Of a stretch of 64,000 bases of DNA, positions 35,635 through 45,222 are shown in pieces; position 1 is the first letter of the stretch, and each line of letters opens with the position of its first letter. The DNA is taken from the IMG/VR virus record IMGVR_UViG_3300047557_002769, positions 99,235 through 163,234 of that record; one strand, written 5' to 3'. The notes beneath the pieces were generated by a model. That model was not told the DNA's origin. It did no database searches and worked only from the letters and a program-made list of their open reading frames with translations. The position numbers and the translations under genes were made by a program. The DNA is from a virus.

Positions 35635-36131
35635 GCAAACAGATCTTCATTCCACTGACGATGACCTTCTCGGAAAGCCATATTAGACTGAGTCTCGCGA
35701 ACCTCTACACGGAAACACCACAGTCTCTGTGCTTCTCCCGGGCCCCAGAAGTCGGGAATGTAAACACCATTAACGTACTTATAGAGCTGATCGGCAAGAC
35801 CTTCACAACCAAGTCTAGGTAGAATAGTCAGCTTAGCCATCTTTCGTTCTTGCAATAGCTTAAACGTCTCGATCTCAGGATCATCTTCAGCTACCAGCAG
35901 AGTATGATCGAACTGATCCTGAAGAACACTCTTAAGTTCTTTCAAACCACCGTAATCAGCTACCCAGTTACGAACATCTAGATGATCAGTTCCGAAATAG
36001 AACTTCATACTAAAGCTATAACCATGAATCAGATTACAATGCGAATCAGCTCTCCATTGACGATACGCACAAGGAAACGCATCGTGATATTCTTTAGTAC
36101 TAACGTACTTATAAACTACAGGTTGATTCAT
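35631..36131 (-). CDS. queD: 6-carboxytetrahydropterin synthase QueD
   Basis: SHCNLIHGY, WVADYG.LK, FDHTLL; cluster context. Confidence 0.9.
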   Translation of the reverse strand: MNQPVVYKYVSTKEYHDAFPCAYRQWRADSHCNLIHGYSFSMKFYFGTDHLDVRNWVADYGGLKELKSVLQDQFDHTLLVAEDDPEIETFKLLQERKMAKLTILPRLGCEGLADQLYKYVNGVYIPDFWGPGEAQRLWCFRVEVRETQSNMAFREGHRQWNEDLFA

Positions 36132-36871
36132 TTCTTCTTCCTTATTACTGCAATATAGTCTTCTGCTAGTTTAGGAGTCTTTTCTGTAACCCCAAATCGA
36201 GGCCAGACTTCTTTATTAGCCAGAATATTTGCCCAGCCTTCGTTACGATGACTATACACCGCAACATAATGACCTTGTTCTTCTAGTTTCTCTAGCATAT
36301 TAAAGACAACTTCCTTGCCAGGATTATAGTATCTAGCAGAAATATCTTCAATGAAATAATAGCCACCCGGTTCTAATAAATCCCAGGTAGCTTTAAATGT
36401 ATCTACTTGATCTAAGGGAAGATGTGAGCCGTCATCAATAATGACCTTAAAGGTATCGAAGACGGACATATTCCAATGAGTCTTTTCTCTCGAATCAAAG
36501 TACTGAATTTTTACTCTAGAGAACTCATCATGCTCTTTAAGCAAATTAAGATGGTTCTTCACCCAAGTAGTATCAGACTCTACACCCGTAACATGTACTT
36601 TTGGAAAGTATCTAGCCCAGGCAAGAAGACCATACCCTGAATGTACACCAATTTCAAGAAGATTAAACTTCTCGTCTTGAAACTCCCAAAGATACTTAGA
36701 GTAGACTCTATTGTAGCCTCTCCAACCACCTCTGTCAGTTTCATTAGGGTTACGCCCGGTTACAGCTTGCTGCTTCTTAGTGTATGAGCTATGCCAGGGA
36801 TTGAAGTTAAGACACTCTTTAAGACGGGGATCACCTTCATGCAGATCAGTGAACGGTGTGATTACTATCAT
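36128..36871 (-). CDS. class I SAM-dependent methyltransferase
   Basis: LLEIGV..G, IIDDGSH, L.PGGYYFIED. Confidence 0.85.
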   Translation of the reverse strand: MIVITPFTDLHEGDPRLKECLNFNPWHSSYTKKQQAVTGRNPNETDRGGWRGYNRVYSKYLWEFQDEKFNLLEIGVHSGYGLLAWARYFPKVHVTGVESDTTWVKNHLNLLKEHDEFSRVKIQYFDSREKTHWNMSVFDTFKVIIDDGSHLPLDQVDTFKATWDLLEPGGYYFIEDISARYYNPGKEVVFNMLEKLEEQGHYVAVYSHRNEGWANILANKEVWPRFGVTEKTPKLAEDYIAVIRKKK

Positions 36872-37799
36872 GTTTTAATCTCTTAAAATTATCTGAGTTA
36901 TACCACTGTACCAAGTCACTAACGATATCGTCAAGAGAATTAACAGGGGCCCATTTCAGTAGTACTTTTGCAATAGAAGGATCAGCAATAAGCTTATCAA
37001 CGTCACCAGCTCGACGAGGACCAATCTCTACAGGCTTCTCTCCAATAACGTTAAACACATGATCCATAATTTCTTTATTAGAGAAGCCAACTCCACTACC
37101 TAGATTATATATTCCTTCTGCACCCTCGTACATTGCGTTAATATGAGCACTTACAATATCACTTACATGAATATAGTCTCGAATACAAGTACCGTCCTTG
37201 GTGTCAAAATCATCGCCGTTCAGCCTAAAAGTCTCTCCCTCGAACAGTTTGGGGAAAATATGCTCTGCCCCGGGAGGCTGTCCATGCTGCTCTCCTATAG
37301 CACCGCATGCATTGAAGTATCTGAAGATGCAGTACTTCAACCCATATGCTACTCTATAGTCTTCACAGATTCGCTCGATAGAATACTTCGAAAACGAATA
37401 CGGTGAAACGGGCATTATAGGGCTATTTTCAGCAAGAGGTTCGTTACTTGTCTTATAGACCGAAGCTGTACTGCTAAAGAAGAACGGAACATTATTCTTA
37501 GAAATAATGCTATTAAGAAGTAGAATAGTCTTAACTGTATTATTAAAGTAATAATCAGCTGGCTTTTCCACGCTATCTCCAACCATAATAGAGCTAGCAC
37601 AATGAATAACCATATCAACATCTTCAACTAGATTAAGCTTATTGAAGATATCTGCATTGTGGAATTCATCGATATAGTCAAGCATATGCTCGCGTCTTAC
37701 TTGGTCAACACCAACAATAGTATGACCAAGTTTCTTTAACTCAATGCAAATAGCGCCACCGATAAAACCGGTGGCGCCTGTAACTAAAATCTTAGCCAT
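36846..37799 (-). CDS. galE: UDP-glucose 4-epimerase
   Basis: VTGATGFIG, YxxSK, RYFNACG, DGTCIRDYIHV. Confidence 0.9.
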   Translation of the reverse strand: MAKILVTGATGFIGGAICIELKKLGHTIVGVDQVRREHMLDYIDEFHNADIFNKLNLVEDVDMVIHCASSIMVGDSVEKPADYYFNNTVKTILLLNSIISKNNVPFFFSSTASVYKTSNEPLAENSPIMPVSPYSFSKYSIERICEDYRVAYGLKYCIFRYFNACGAIGEQHGQPPGAEHIFPKLFEGETFRLNGDDFDTKDGTCIRDYIHVSDIVSAHINAMYEGAEGIYNLGSGVGFSNKEIMDHVFNVIGEKPVEIGPRRAGDVDKLIADPSIAKVLLKWAPVNSLDDIVSDLVQWYNSDNFKRLKHDSNHTVH

Positions 37800-38286
37800 A
37801 TTTCTTATCGTGTGCTTTACCGATACCGTAATCTCCGTCATACATACGAAGAGTTTCAGCATCAAATGACAGATACTGCCCTACCCGCGTCCCCTGTTTA
37901 ATCCTAGCCGTACCAGTCGTAACGTGTAGGACACCGGCCATAACACCGTGATAACCAGAATCATAAAGACCTGAAGTGATAAAACACCCGTTGCGGTTAA
38001 GAGTGCTGCGAGTAATGACCCAACCAGCTTCACCCTCTCCCACATTGATGATGTTCTCCATAACGATCTCATAAGACCCCGGCTGTAGCGTATAATAGCC
38101 TTCTGCGTCTGGAGTGATTTCTTCAGTGCCTCTATGTTTTTTGTGTTCATTTGAAATCTCAAATACTTCTGGAAGAATACGGAACACTTTACCCAGTCGA
38201 AGGTCTACAGCATTAGGCTGCACATCACCTTCTTTTACACCAGATAGGGTTGATTTACTCCCGAATACACTTGCAATATGCTTCAT
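37792..38286 (-). CDS. trimeric dUTPase / dCTP deaminase-family protein
   Basis: QPNAVDLRL, RSTLNRNG, YDSGYHG, RVGQ. Confidence 0.85.
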   Translation of the reverse strand: MKHIASVFGSKSTLSGVKEGDVQPNAVDLRLGKVFRILPEVFEISNEHKKHRGTEEITPDAEGYYTLQPGSYEIVMENIINVGEGEAGWVITRSTLNRNGCFITSGLYDSGYHGVMAGVLHVTTGTARIKQGTRVGQYLSFDAETLRMYDGDYGIGKAHDKKYG

Positions 38287-38447
38287 TCTTTATCCTTTTT
38301 ACTTAGCGGTGCTCGTCGCGCTTCTTCTTCAGCGAGCTGTGCTTGTACCATAGCCCGGAGGTATTCACCTCGCTTATGCGGGTCGATAAATTTAGCAGCC
38401 ATAATTTTAGTCTGCTTTCTCATTTTAAACGTAGATGTAGGTTTCAT
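38283..38447 (-). CDS. small basic hypothetical protein
   Basis: hand translation MKPTSTFKMRKQTK..., coupled to both neighbours. Confidence 0.55.
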   Translation of the reverse strand: MKPTSTFKMRKQTKIMAAKFIDPHKRGEYLRAMVQAQLAEEEARRAPLSKKDKE

Positions 38448-39064
38448 AGTGTTTCAGGAATGTAGTAAGGGTTTTCGAACGTTTCAAATTCTGCTTCCTT
38501 ATAGAAGCATTTATTATTAAGATCTAGTTTATGTACGACATTTGGCGGTAGTGGTTGCGAACCGTCAAATTTAGTAGAAGAAAAGTTAAAGTTATAATCG
38601 AAGAACAGAGGAGAGATCTCGTTTCTGAATACATAGAGATCACCGCTCCAGTACATAACACATGCAAATGTACCATCTACTCTAGATAACGAACTCCATC
38701 CATAATCAGAAATCTGTTCTAGTAGCCATTGTGTATCCCAGACACCTGCAGAAATATTTTTCTGCTTTACGATACCGTTATGCCACAGTAGTGCTTTTCC
38801 ATATACCGCCGGGTGAATATTTCTGGTTTCAGTAGTAGGAGCCTGAGAATGTGCGATAAAGAATCTACCTGGTTGATCATGCATTGCATGAAGTACATTC
38901 AAGTCCAGTGGTCCTTCATCCTGAAACAATACATTTAGTCTAAGTCTATTTTCATTATCATATTCGAAAGAGGTAAGAGAATAACTCCTCTCACCTCGAT
39001 AAGCATTAAGCTTATAAAGCTCTTCAAGCTTTGCCTTACTAAAAGAACCAGAAATAGCACACAT
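38444..39064 (-). CDS. class II (Ntn) glutamine amidotransferase
   Basis: N-terminal MC, HS.APT, HP, WHNG, DT; adjacent to queC. Confidence 0.85.
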   Translation of the reverse strand: MCAISGSFSKAKLEELYKLNAYRGERSYSLTSFEYDNENRLRLNVLFQDEGPLDLNVLHAMHDQPGRFFIAHSQAPTTETRNIHPAVYGKALLWHNGIVKQKNISAGVWDTQWLLEQISDYGWSSLSRVDGTFACVMYWSGDLYVFRNEISPLFFDYNFNFSSTKFDGSQPLPPNVVHKLDLNNKCFYKEAEFETFENPYYIPETL

Positions 39065-39065
39065 T

Positions 39066-39830
39066 TTAAACTTTCATTCTTTCGATTAGTTGCTTCCAGT
39101 CGATATTAACTGAGTATTGAACCGGATCTTTAATACCGACTTTAGCAAAGTTAGCAATACGCTCCGAACAAGAAGGACACGCACCACACGATTCGCCTTC
39201 TTCATTAGGATTATAACATGTAAGTGTAAATAAAGTCAAGTCCATATTACCATCCAGTTCCCGAAGGATACTTAACTCATCATATTTACTTAGCTTACTA
39301 AAGGGTGCAACTAGTTTAATTTTAATGATACGGTTTTCAGATAGAAGATCGTTTACTTTGTCAACCCAACGTTGAGTCGTATCATGATACCCATACTCGT
39401 CATGCACTTGAAGACCGCATAGAATAGTATCTACGTTTTGCGTCTCAGCATAAGCAGCAGCAATTGCCATCAGAATCATATTACGATTAGGTACATACGT
39501 CTTAGGTCTCGGGTCACCTAAAACATCCTTGATCGTAGGCATTGCAATATCAGTATCAACATTAGCAGAGAAGCCTTTAGAGATTTCGCCGAGGAAAGAT
39601 GCATCCACTACCTTATGCTTTACACCCAGCATATTAGTAGAGATCTTAGCCATTTCGATCTCGCGCTTCTGCTTCTGCCCATAAAAGAAAGTAAGAGCAG
39701 ATACGTTTTCCTTACCATACTTCTCTACTGCAAGACGCATAGTAATAGTAGAGTCCATACCACCGGAAAGGATAACAACACATCCTTTAGTATTCGGTAG
39801 CAATGCTAGTGCTTCATTTGCCGTCGTCAC
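39066..39830 (-). CDS. queC: 7-cyano-7-deazaguanine synthase QueC
   Basis: LSGGMDS, YGQK, TYVPNRN, TCY....CG.CPSC. Confidence 0.95.
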   Translation of the reverse strand: MTTANEALALLPNTKGCVVILSGGMDSTITMRLAVEKYGKENVSALTFFYGQKQKREIEMAKISTNMLGVKHKVVDASFLGEISKGFSANVDTDIAMPTIKDVLGDPRPKTYVPNRNMILMAIAAAYAETQNVDTILCGLQVHDEYGYHDTTQRWVDKVNDLLSENRIIKIKLVAPFSKLSKYDELSILRELDGNMDLTLFTLTCYNPNEEGESCGACPSCSERIANFAKVGIKDPVQYSVNIDWKQLIERMKV

Positions 39831-40026
39831 GTTGAATCTCTCTTTCTTTCTGAACACGGTGAATATAAACTACAGCATCCATTAGTTCTTCTTTAAGATG
39901 CTGAATCCATTGATCAAAGTCAAGATCGGTTCTCTCAGTAGTTACACCGTACTTGTTAAACCCATGCTGCGAGCGAGTGATAAACTCGTGACAGATCTCA
40001 TTTACGTTATTATCAGGGGATTTCAT
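39814..40026 (-). CDS. small all-alpha NTP-pyrophosphatase-like protein
   Basis: G..KYG........W..HL.EELMDA.VY. Confidence 0.5.
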   Translation of the reverse strand: MKSPDNNVNEICHEFITRSQHGFNKYGVTTERTDLDFDQWIQHLKEELMDAVVYIHRVQKEREIQRDDGK

Positions 40027-40949
40027 TGTCTTGGTGTCTTTGTACAGAAGTTAGTTACATCGGCGATCGCACCGTATTTCCAGAGAACTTTTGAGCTTGA
40101 AGCTCGTACAGGGTTAATGTCAATACCACCTCTCCGAGTATAGAGACATGCCACGAATAGCTCTTCGGGTTGTAGCAGATCCCACAAGCGCTTATAAATG
40201 CACTCGGCAATCTCTTCGTGAAAATGATTCTCTTTACGCATCGAGACAATATACTTAAGCAGAGATTCTGGAGTAACTGCCTTATCTCCTTTAATATGTA
40301 CATACACGTCACCCCAGTCAGGCTGATTAGTTACTCGACAGTTAGAACGCAGAGAATAAGAACGCCAGCGTTCATAACGACCGATTGACTGCACGACTTC
40401 TAGAGTACCTGCATACTCATTATATTCGTTAAACTGCATTTTTTCAACATTACAGTAATGCTCTAACGAAATAAAGTCACCAATAATTGGCTTAACCGTA
40501 TCAATATCGCCCCATCGCAGAAATACGTTTACTTCTGCGCCAACTGCATTAGATAAATCGGAAGCAATCTTATCTTCAACCGTCCAGATATCGTCTGTAG
40601 AGTTGATAAGTCTAGCCATATTAAAAGAGTTCAAGTACAGCTTAACCGACTTAGACTCTACAATATTAGGTGAATTGCTTGGGTAAGTAAATTTAAGCCA
40701 ACCAGATACAGGGAAGCCGTTTTTAAGTAGCGTGCTAAATTCGTAAGCATTCCAAGCATCCATTCCTTCAAACGGAAGATTATTATCATCAATGTTATAT
40801 GCTGTACGGTTTAGATGCCTAGGTACTGAAACCAGCAAGCTGGGATCTACATCATCAGGCGTTACATAAGGCTTAACAACCGTCCCATCCCCTGCTTTAC
40901 CAAGGTGAACGGAGACCAAGCTATTTAGAACTTGTTGATTATCATTCAT
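40023..40949 (-). CDS. queF: NADPH-dependent preQ0 reductase QueF (bimodular)
   Basis: D.WNAYE.S, ESKS.KLYLNS, SNC.VT.QPDWG, FHEE, YTRRGGIDINP. Confidence 0.93.
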   Translation of the reverse strand: MNDNQQVLNSLVSVHLGKAGDGTVVKPYVTPDDVDPSLLVSVPRHLNRTAYNIDDNNLPFEGMDAWNAYEFSTLLKNGFPVSGWLKFTYPSNSPNIVESKSVKLYLNSFNMARLINSTDDIWTVEDKIASDLSNAVGAEVNVFLRWGDIDTVKPIIGDFISLEHYCNVEKMQFNEYNEYAGTLEVVQSIGRYERWRSYSLRSNCRVTNQPDWGDVYVHIKGDKAVTPESLLKYIVSMRKENHFHEEIAECIYKRLWDLLQPEELFVACLYTRRGGIDINPVRASSSKVLWKYGAIADVTNFCTKTPRQ

Positions 40950-40952
40950 ATT

Positions 40953-41486
40953 TTATCGTCCTTCCAAAATACCAATAACCATATCAACACGGTTCCTTAC
41001 AGAACCTTTGATACGGGTAACATTAAGCTTATTCTTTGTAATAACGGTTTCGAAATATTCAACAATCTCATCTCGGAAACCAACATCGGCACTACGTTCA
41101 CCGTCATCTACAATCTCAAACTCGGGTTCGATATAAAAGATATGATTATATGACTTAATCAGTCTCTTAAAAACCATTTCAACATAGGAAAGAGTCTTGA
41201 GATCAACATTACCTTTTTTATGTAAATACAGACTATAGACCATACCATCAAGAGCAGTTCTATCAGTCAACATCTTTTCATTCATATAAACGTTGACAAT
41301 ATGCTCATTCATAATCAATCGCTGCGTTACATTAGTACCGCTTTCATTAATAGGAATACCGTAACTACGTACACGGCGAGTTACTTCGTCACAAATAGCA
41401 TAATCTTTAAAGAATTTTTCACTGCGTAGAGCATTAAGTAAAGTAGTCTTTCCTACACTCTGCGCACCAGTAATACCAATTCTCAT
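40953..41486 (-). CDS. AAA_28/NadR-like nucleotide kinase
   Basis: ITGAQSVGKTT, DRT.LD, DDG.R. Confidence 0.75.
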   Translation of the reverse strand: MRIGITGAQSVGKTTLLNALRSEKFFKDYAICDEVTRRVRSYGIPINESGTNVTQRLIMNEHIVNVYMNEKMLTDRTALDGMVYSLYLHKKGNVDLKTLSYVEMVFKRLIKSYNHIFYIEPEFEIVDDGERSADVGFRDEIVEYFETVITKNKLNVTRIKGSVRNRVDMVIGILEGR

Positions 41487-42025
41487 AGACCTTTTTCCTT
41501 CAAGAAGAAATTCCATGCCGACAGAGATGCTATACGTAAGTTATTGTACAGATCATCTTTAGTATAATTTCTATTTCTAAAATGAACTGCTTTTACAATT
41601 TCACCCGCATCCAGCTCAGCAGTACACTTATGTACTACGCTGCCGATTATAGTATATTTGTCATTTTCCTGCCACACTCTTTCCTGTGGATCCTTACCTT
41701 TTAGCTCGGGATAAAGATCAATAGCGCCTGGATGACCATTATAGATTTCATACATGTTACATACGTCTGCAGGTAGAATTCTAAGATAACCGTGAAGAGT
41801 AATCAGAGTATCTTTAGGATCAAAAATACGTTGACCTCTTAGGTAATCCATTAGAATATCATGGCGTGCAGACTGGATAGTTACATCCAGTTCACGAATA
41901 CCTGGGTTGAACTTGTACTTTTCTTCGAAGTTATTTGTAATCAATAGATCTGGTTTTCTACCAAGACTCTTTGACAGTTCAACTATTTCAGACCCTGTCT
42001 GACTAAAAAATGTAATCCACTTCAT
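41483..42025 (-). CDS. PurN-like formyltransferase (candidate preQ1-DNA formyltransferase, DpdN-like)
   Basis: FFSQTGS, LHGYLRIL, NGHPG, G.VVH......D.G.I; next to the dpdA-like gene. Confidence 0.8.
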   Translation of the reverse strand: MKWITFFSQTGSEIVELSKSLGRKPDLLITNNFEEKYKFNPGIRELDVTIQSARHDILMDYLRGQRIFDPKDTLITLHGYLRILPADVCNMYEIYNGHPGAIDLYPELKGKDPQERVWQENDKYTIIGSVVHKCTAELDAGEIVKAVHFRNRNYTKDDLYNNLRIASLSAWNFFLKEKGL

Positions 42026-42822
42026 CTCGTACCGTTTACAAAAGCTCTGAACAGTTCAATATTATGCTCGATTTTCCTCAACTGTTCTTGTTTAGGTTTA
42101 GCACCAAGCAGGTCAACTAGTTTAATAGATTGCTTTTCAAGCAAACCACCTGGTTCATAGTAGATATCAAGAAGACCATGCACCACCGGATTAGAAGTAT
42201 CGAGAGATTCAAGCCAGCTAAAGTCTTTATTACGATAGAATAAAAACTCAATAGGTAGAGCACAGCCCAGTAGATGATGCGGTTTATTTTTATTAATAAT
42301 TCCGTCTTTATAAAGTCTAGACAGTGTTTGTACTCTACCCATTGCATACCCCATCCATTTATTAGGATGAGGGCAAACATTTAAGTACAAAGAATAGTCA
42401 AACGAAATAGCCAGCTTATCTACATTTATAACTGAATCAAGGTAGGCATAGCACTCAATTAGTTCGTCATACGTTTTACCTTGAACTACCCCTATTTTTT
42501 TACCCGGTAGATTAGAATATTTTTTATTCCAATCATATGCATTGCGCATAGTACCATAAGAGTCTTCTAGAACATCTGGAATAATATACTCGGTAGGCTT
42601 AAGCTCATTAATCCAGTAGACAAAGCGATCAGAATCAAATGCAGTACCGAGTTCAAAGATCGAGTTATCAAGTATAACGTGTCTACCACTTGTAACAGAA
42701 TGCTTAAAGAAGTCTAGATACTCTTTATTCTCTTCGAAGAGATGAACCAGAGCATAATCATAGTCATTATAATAACGAGACTGCGCAAGCAGACTTAGAG
42801 GGGATTCGTGTGAAATTTTCAT
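42022..42822 (-). CDS. dpdA: TGT-fold DNA transglycosylase (DpdA-like)
   Basis: ILDNS.FE, PDV, GVVQG, HHLLG, SLDTS motifs; context. Confidence 0.72.
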   Translation of the reverse strand: MKISHESPLSLLAQSRYYNDYDYALVHLFEENKEYLDFFKHSVTSGRHVILDNSIFELGTAFDSDRFVYWINELKPTEYIIPDVLEDSYGTMRNAYDWNKKYSNLPGKKIGVVQGKTYDELIECYAYLDSVINVDKLAISFDYSLYLNVCPHPNKWMGYAMGRVQTLSRLYKDGIINKNKPHHLLGCALPIEFLFYRNKDFSWLESLDTSNPVVHGLLDIYYEPGGLLEKQSIKLVDLLGAKPKQEQLRKIEHNIELFRAFVNGTR

Positions 42823-43253
42823 TGCAGTTTATGGATCAATTCATTGCTGACATGAATGTAGAGAATATAATCAAAGGTTTTTGTCTTTTTAATTACCGGT
42901 TTAACTTTGTCAATATATTCTCTCATTTCTAAAACATTATAGCGGTAGATAGACTTCGTATCAACATCCACCCCATAAATTTGCTCAGCAGTCGTTGTAT
43001 ATATCCACCCAGGTTTATTTTTTCTAGTATGAACTTCTACAACCAAATAGCCCTTAAAATAATTTGATTTCACATCAACCGGAATACCGTCAATGATGCA
43101 ATCTATCTTTAGGTTAACTTGGCTGTGAAGGTCGCTTTTTTCCTCGTAAAGAATATTATTAGCTTGACAATATTCTTTTACAATTCGCTCACCAAGGTCG
43201 CCCTTGGCGCCATTAGCACCATAGCGACCTTCTGAATTTGCATACCAAACCAT
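42819..43253 (-). CDS. putative PD-(D/E)xK nuclease
   Basis: G..GE...ID.......DVK pattern. Confidence 0.55.
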   Translation of the reverse strand: MVWYANSEGRYGANGAKGDLGERIVKEYCQANNILYEEKSDLHSQVNLKIDCIIDGIPVDVKSNYFKGYLVVEVHTRKNKPGWIYTTTAEQIYGVDVDTKSIYRYNVLEMREYIDKVKPVIKKTKTFDYILYIHVSNELIHKLQ

Positions 43254-43260
43254 TTGTATC

Positions 43261-43938
43261 TCACTTTTTAATCAGTGACATAAACTCCGCACGACATTCA
43301 GGCTCGCTACGGAAGCATCCACCAAGCTTAGCTGTCATAGTATACGAAGAATGATCTTCAACGCCTCGACTCTTCACGCAGTAATGAACACCTTCAATAA
43401 CAACCGCTACATCTTCAGTACCAAGAATAAAGACCAGAGCATGGTAAACTTGCTCGGCGATACGTTCTTGCACCTGCGGACGACGTGCGAAGTATTCCAC
43501 AATACGATTAAGCTTAGATAAGCCAAGAACCTTATTCTTAGGAATATATGCTACGTGAGCCTTGCCGTCAATCGTTACGAAATGATGCTCGCAGTTAGAC
43601 ATCAGAGTAATGTCTTTTTCGATAACCATTTCATCGTACCCCATCTTATTATCGATAACGGTACACTTAGGAAAATTCTCAGGTTTCAGACCCCAGAAGA
43701 TTTCATTGACGTACATCTTAGCAACTCGCTTAGGAGTCTCTTCAAGAGAGTCATCCTTACGATCAAGACCAAGAAGATCCATAATCTCAGCAAAATGCTT
43801 TTCAATTTTCTTAATCTTAGTCTCGTCTTTTACCTCGAGAGCTTCAGTAATAGTAGGGGTAGCAACACCCTTGCTTTTCAGATACTCTTCTACTTTATAA
43901 CCCAGCTCGGCGTCAGTTTTACCCTTTTGCAGACTCAT
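43261..43938 (-). CDS. folE: GTP cyclohydrolase I
   Basis: TPKRVAKM, CEHH, GLSK..R, RPQVQER, H.C...RG. Confidence 0.96.
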   Translation of the reverse strand: MSLQKGKTDAELGYKVEEYLKSKGVATPTITEALEVKDETKIKKIEKHFAEIMDLLGLDRKDDSLEETPKRVAKMYVNEIFWGLKPENFPKCTVIDNKMGYDEMVIEKDITLMSNCEHHFVTIDGKAHVAYIPKNKVLGLSKLNRIVEYFARRPQVQERIAEQVYHALVFILGTEDVAVVIEGVHYCVKSRGVEDHSSYTMTAKLGGCFRSEPECRAEFMSLIKK

Positions 43939-44127
43939 ACTTGCTCCTATTTTCCTTTACAAACTCTTCTTCCCCAACGAACGTCGGGCACTTAGACAAG
44001 AGGCTGTCAACCAGCCATTTAATCTCGTATAGTTTTTGCTTATTAGCAAAGCAATAAAATCCATCCATTCTAGGATCAGTTACTTTATAATAAGTATCGT
44101 ACATGAAATCTTTTGTTGAGATCATCA

Positions 44128-44973
44128 TTAGGTTCCCCATTCATTCTTAAAAAGAGGTACTTGAAGTCGATCGCTATAACGCCAACCTTTCTTCATTGCA
44201 AGCTCAGCTACTCGACGGTTATTCAAAGAATAAACACTTTCAACACCACCGACTGGCATCAGATATACCGGACCACTAAAACCGGCTTTACGATACTCAT
44301 CTACTGCTTGTTCGGCTTCTTTTACATCTTCTTCAGATGCAACGACAAACTTAAGGTAAGTATAACCGTATTCATCATATTGAGCCACTACTTCCGGGCA
44401 GATAGCTTCTTCCCACTTCTCACCAGAGACAGAAAGCTTAGGACTTACACTAAACGTCAGAGAGAAGTAACCCTTAGTATGTACCCATTCGTCATGAAGG
44501 AACTCGGCAAAGTCTTTAGTTAAGAGTTGTGTACCATTTGTTTCAAAAGTAAGCTCTTTGAGAGGAAGCATCTTTGGGTGGCTTAGCAGATCAGGATAAG
44601 AGCGCTGCCAGCCTAGCAGAGGCTCACCACCAGTAATTACCAGATGTTCGTCTTCCCACCTCTGGTGAGGAAGTAGGTCCATAATCGTATCGGTAATAGC
44701 ATCAGTAGATAGAACAGGACTAAGATGCTTGAAACGAGGATCCCAAGAAGCGTAAGAGTCGCACCCAGAAGAAACGAGAGGAAGATCTTTATAACTGCTA
44801 AAGGAGCTTGCGTCAATTTTGTTACGCTCATTACTTAATTCTCCTTTAGGCATTCCAAAGCCTTCGCATTTAAAGTTACAACCGAATACGCGAAGGAAGA
44901 CACTAGGTACACCCATGTACCTACCTTCACCCTGAACTGAATAGAACAGCTCAGACACTTTCAATTTACTCAT
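44128..44973 (-). CDS. queE: 7-carboxy-7-deazaguanine synthase QueE (radical SAM)
   Basis: SVQGEG, FLR.FGCN..C, CDS, ITGGEP, ETNGT, SPKL. Confidence 0.93.
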   Translation of the reverse strand: MSKLKVSELFYSVQGEGRYMGVPSVFLRVFGCNFKCEGFGMPKGELSNERNKIDASSFSSYKDLPLVSSGCDSYASWDPRFKHLSPVLSTDAITDTIMDLLPHQRWEDEHLVITGGEPLLGWQRSYPDLLSHPKMLPLKELTFETNGTQLLTKDFAEFLHDEWVHTKGYFSLTFSVSPKLSVSGEKWEEAICPEVVAQYDEYGYTYLKFVVASEEDVKEAEQAVDEYRKAGFSGPVYLMPVGGVESVYSLNNRRVAELAMKKGWRYSDRLQVPLFKNEWGT

Positions 44974-45140
44974 ACTAATTCCTCTGCAATACCAATGATT
45001 TCAGCGATGATTAAAAAGACTCCAGCCAGAATAATACTCTGTGGCCAAATAAGGGAAATACCAGCCGCGATTCTGAAGGCGCTCTTTACGAAGCTCAGAC
45101 GGGCATGCCAGGTCGGATCTGGCAATTGAAACTTAAGCAT
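44970..45140 (-). CDS. small membrane protein (56 aa)
   Basis: hand translation MLKFQLPDPTWHARLSFVKS...AEIIGIAEELV; AGGAG RBS. Confidence 0.6.
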   Translation of the reverse strand: MLKFQLPDPTWHARLSFVKSAFRIAAGISLIWPQSIILAGVFLIIAEIIGIAEELV

Positions 45141-45222
45141 ATTAACTCCTAGTTATTGTACAGCTGGAAGGTCAGCTGCATAGTTTACGTGGAATGGCAC
45201 GATTATATAATATATTTATTAA

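Noticed and set aside
42022-42822. Canonical tRNA-guanine transglycosylase for queuosine
   Set aside because: Too short and lacks the Zn-binding region; no queA/queG in the window; fits DpdA-like better.
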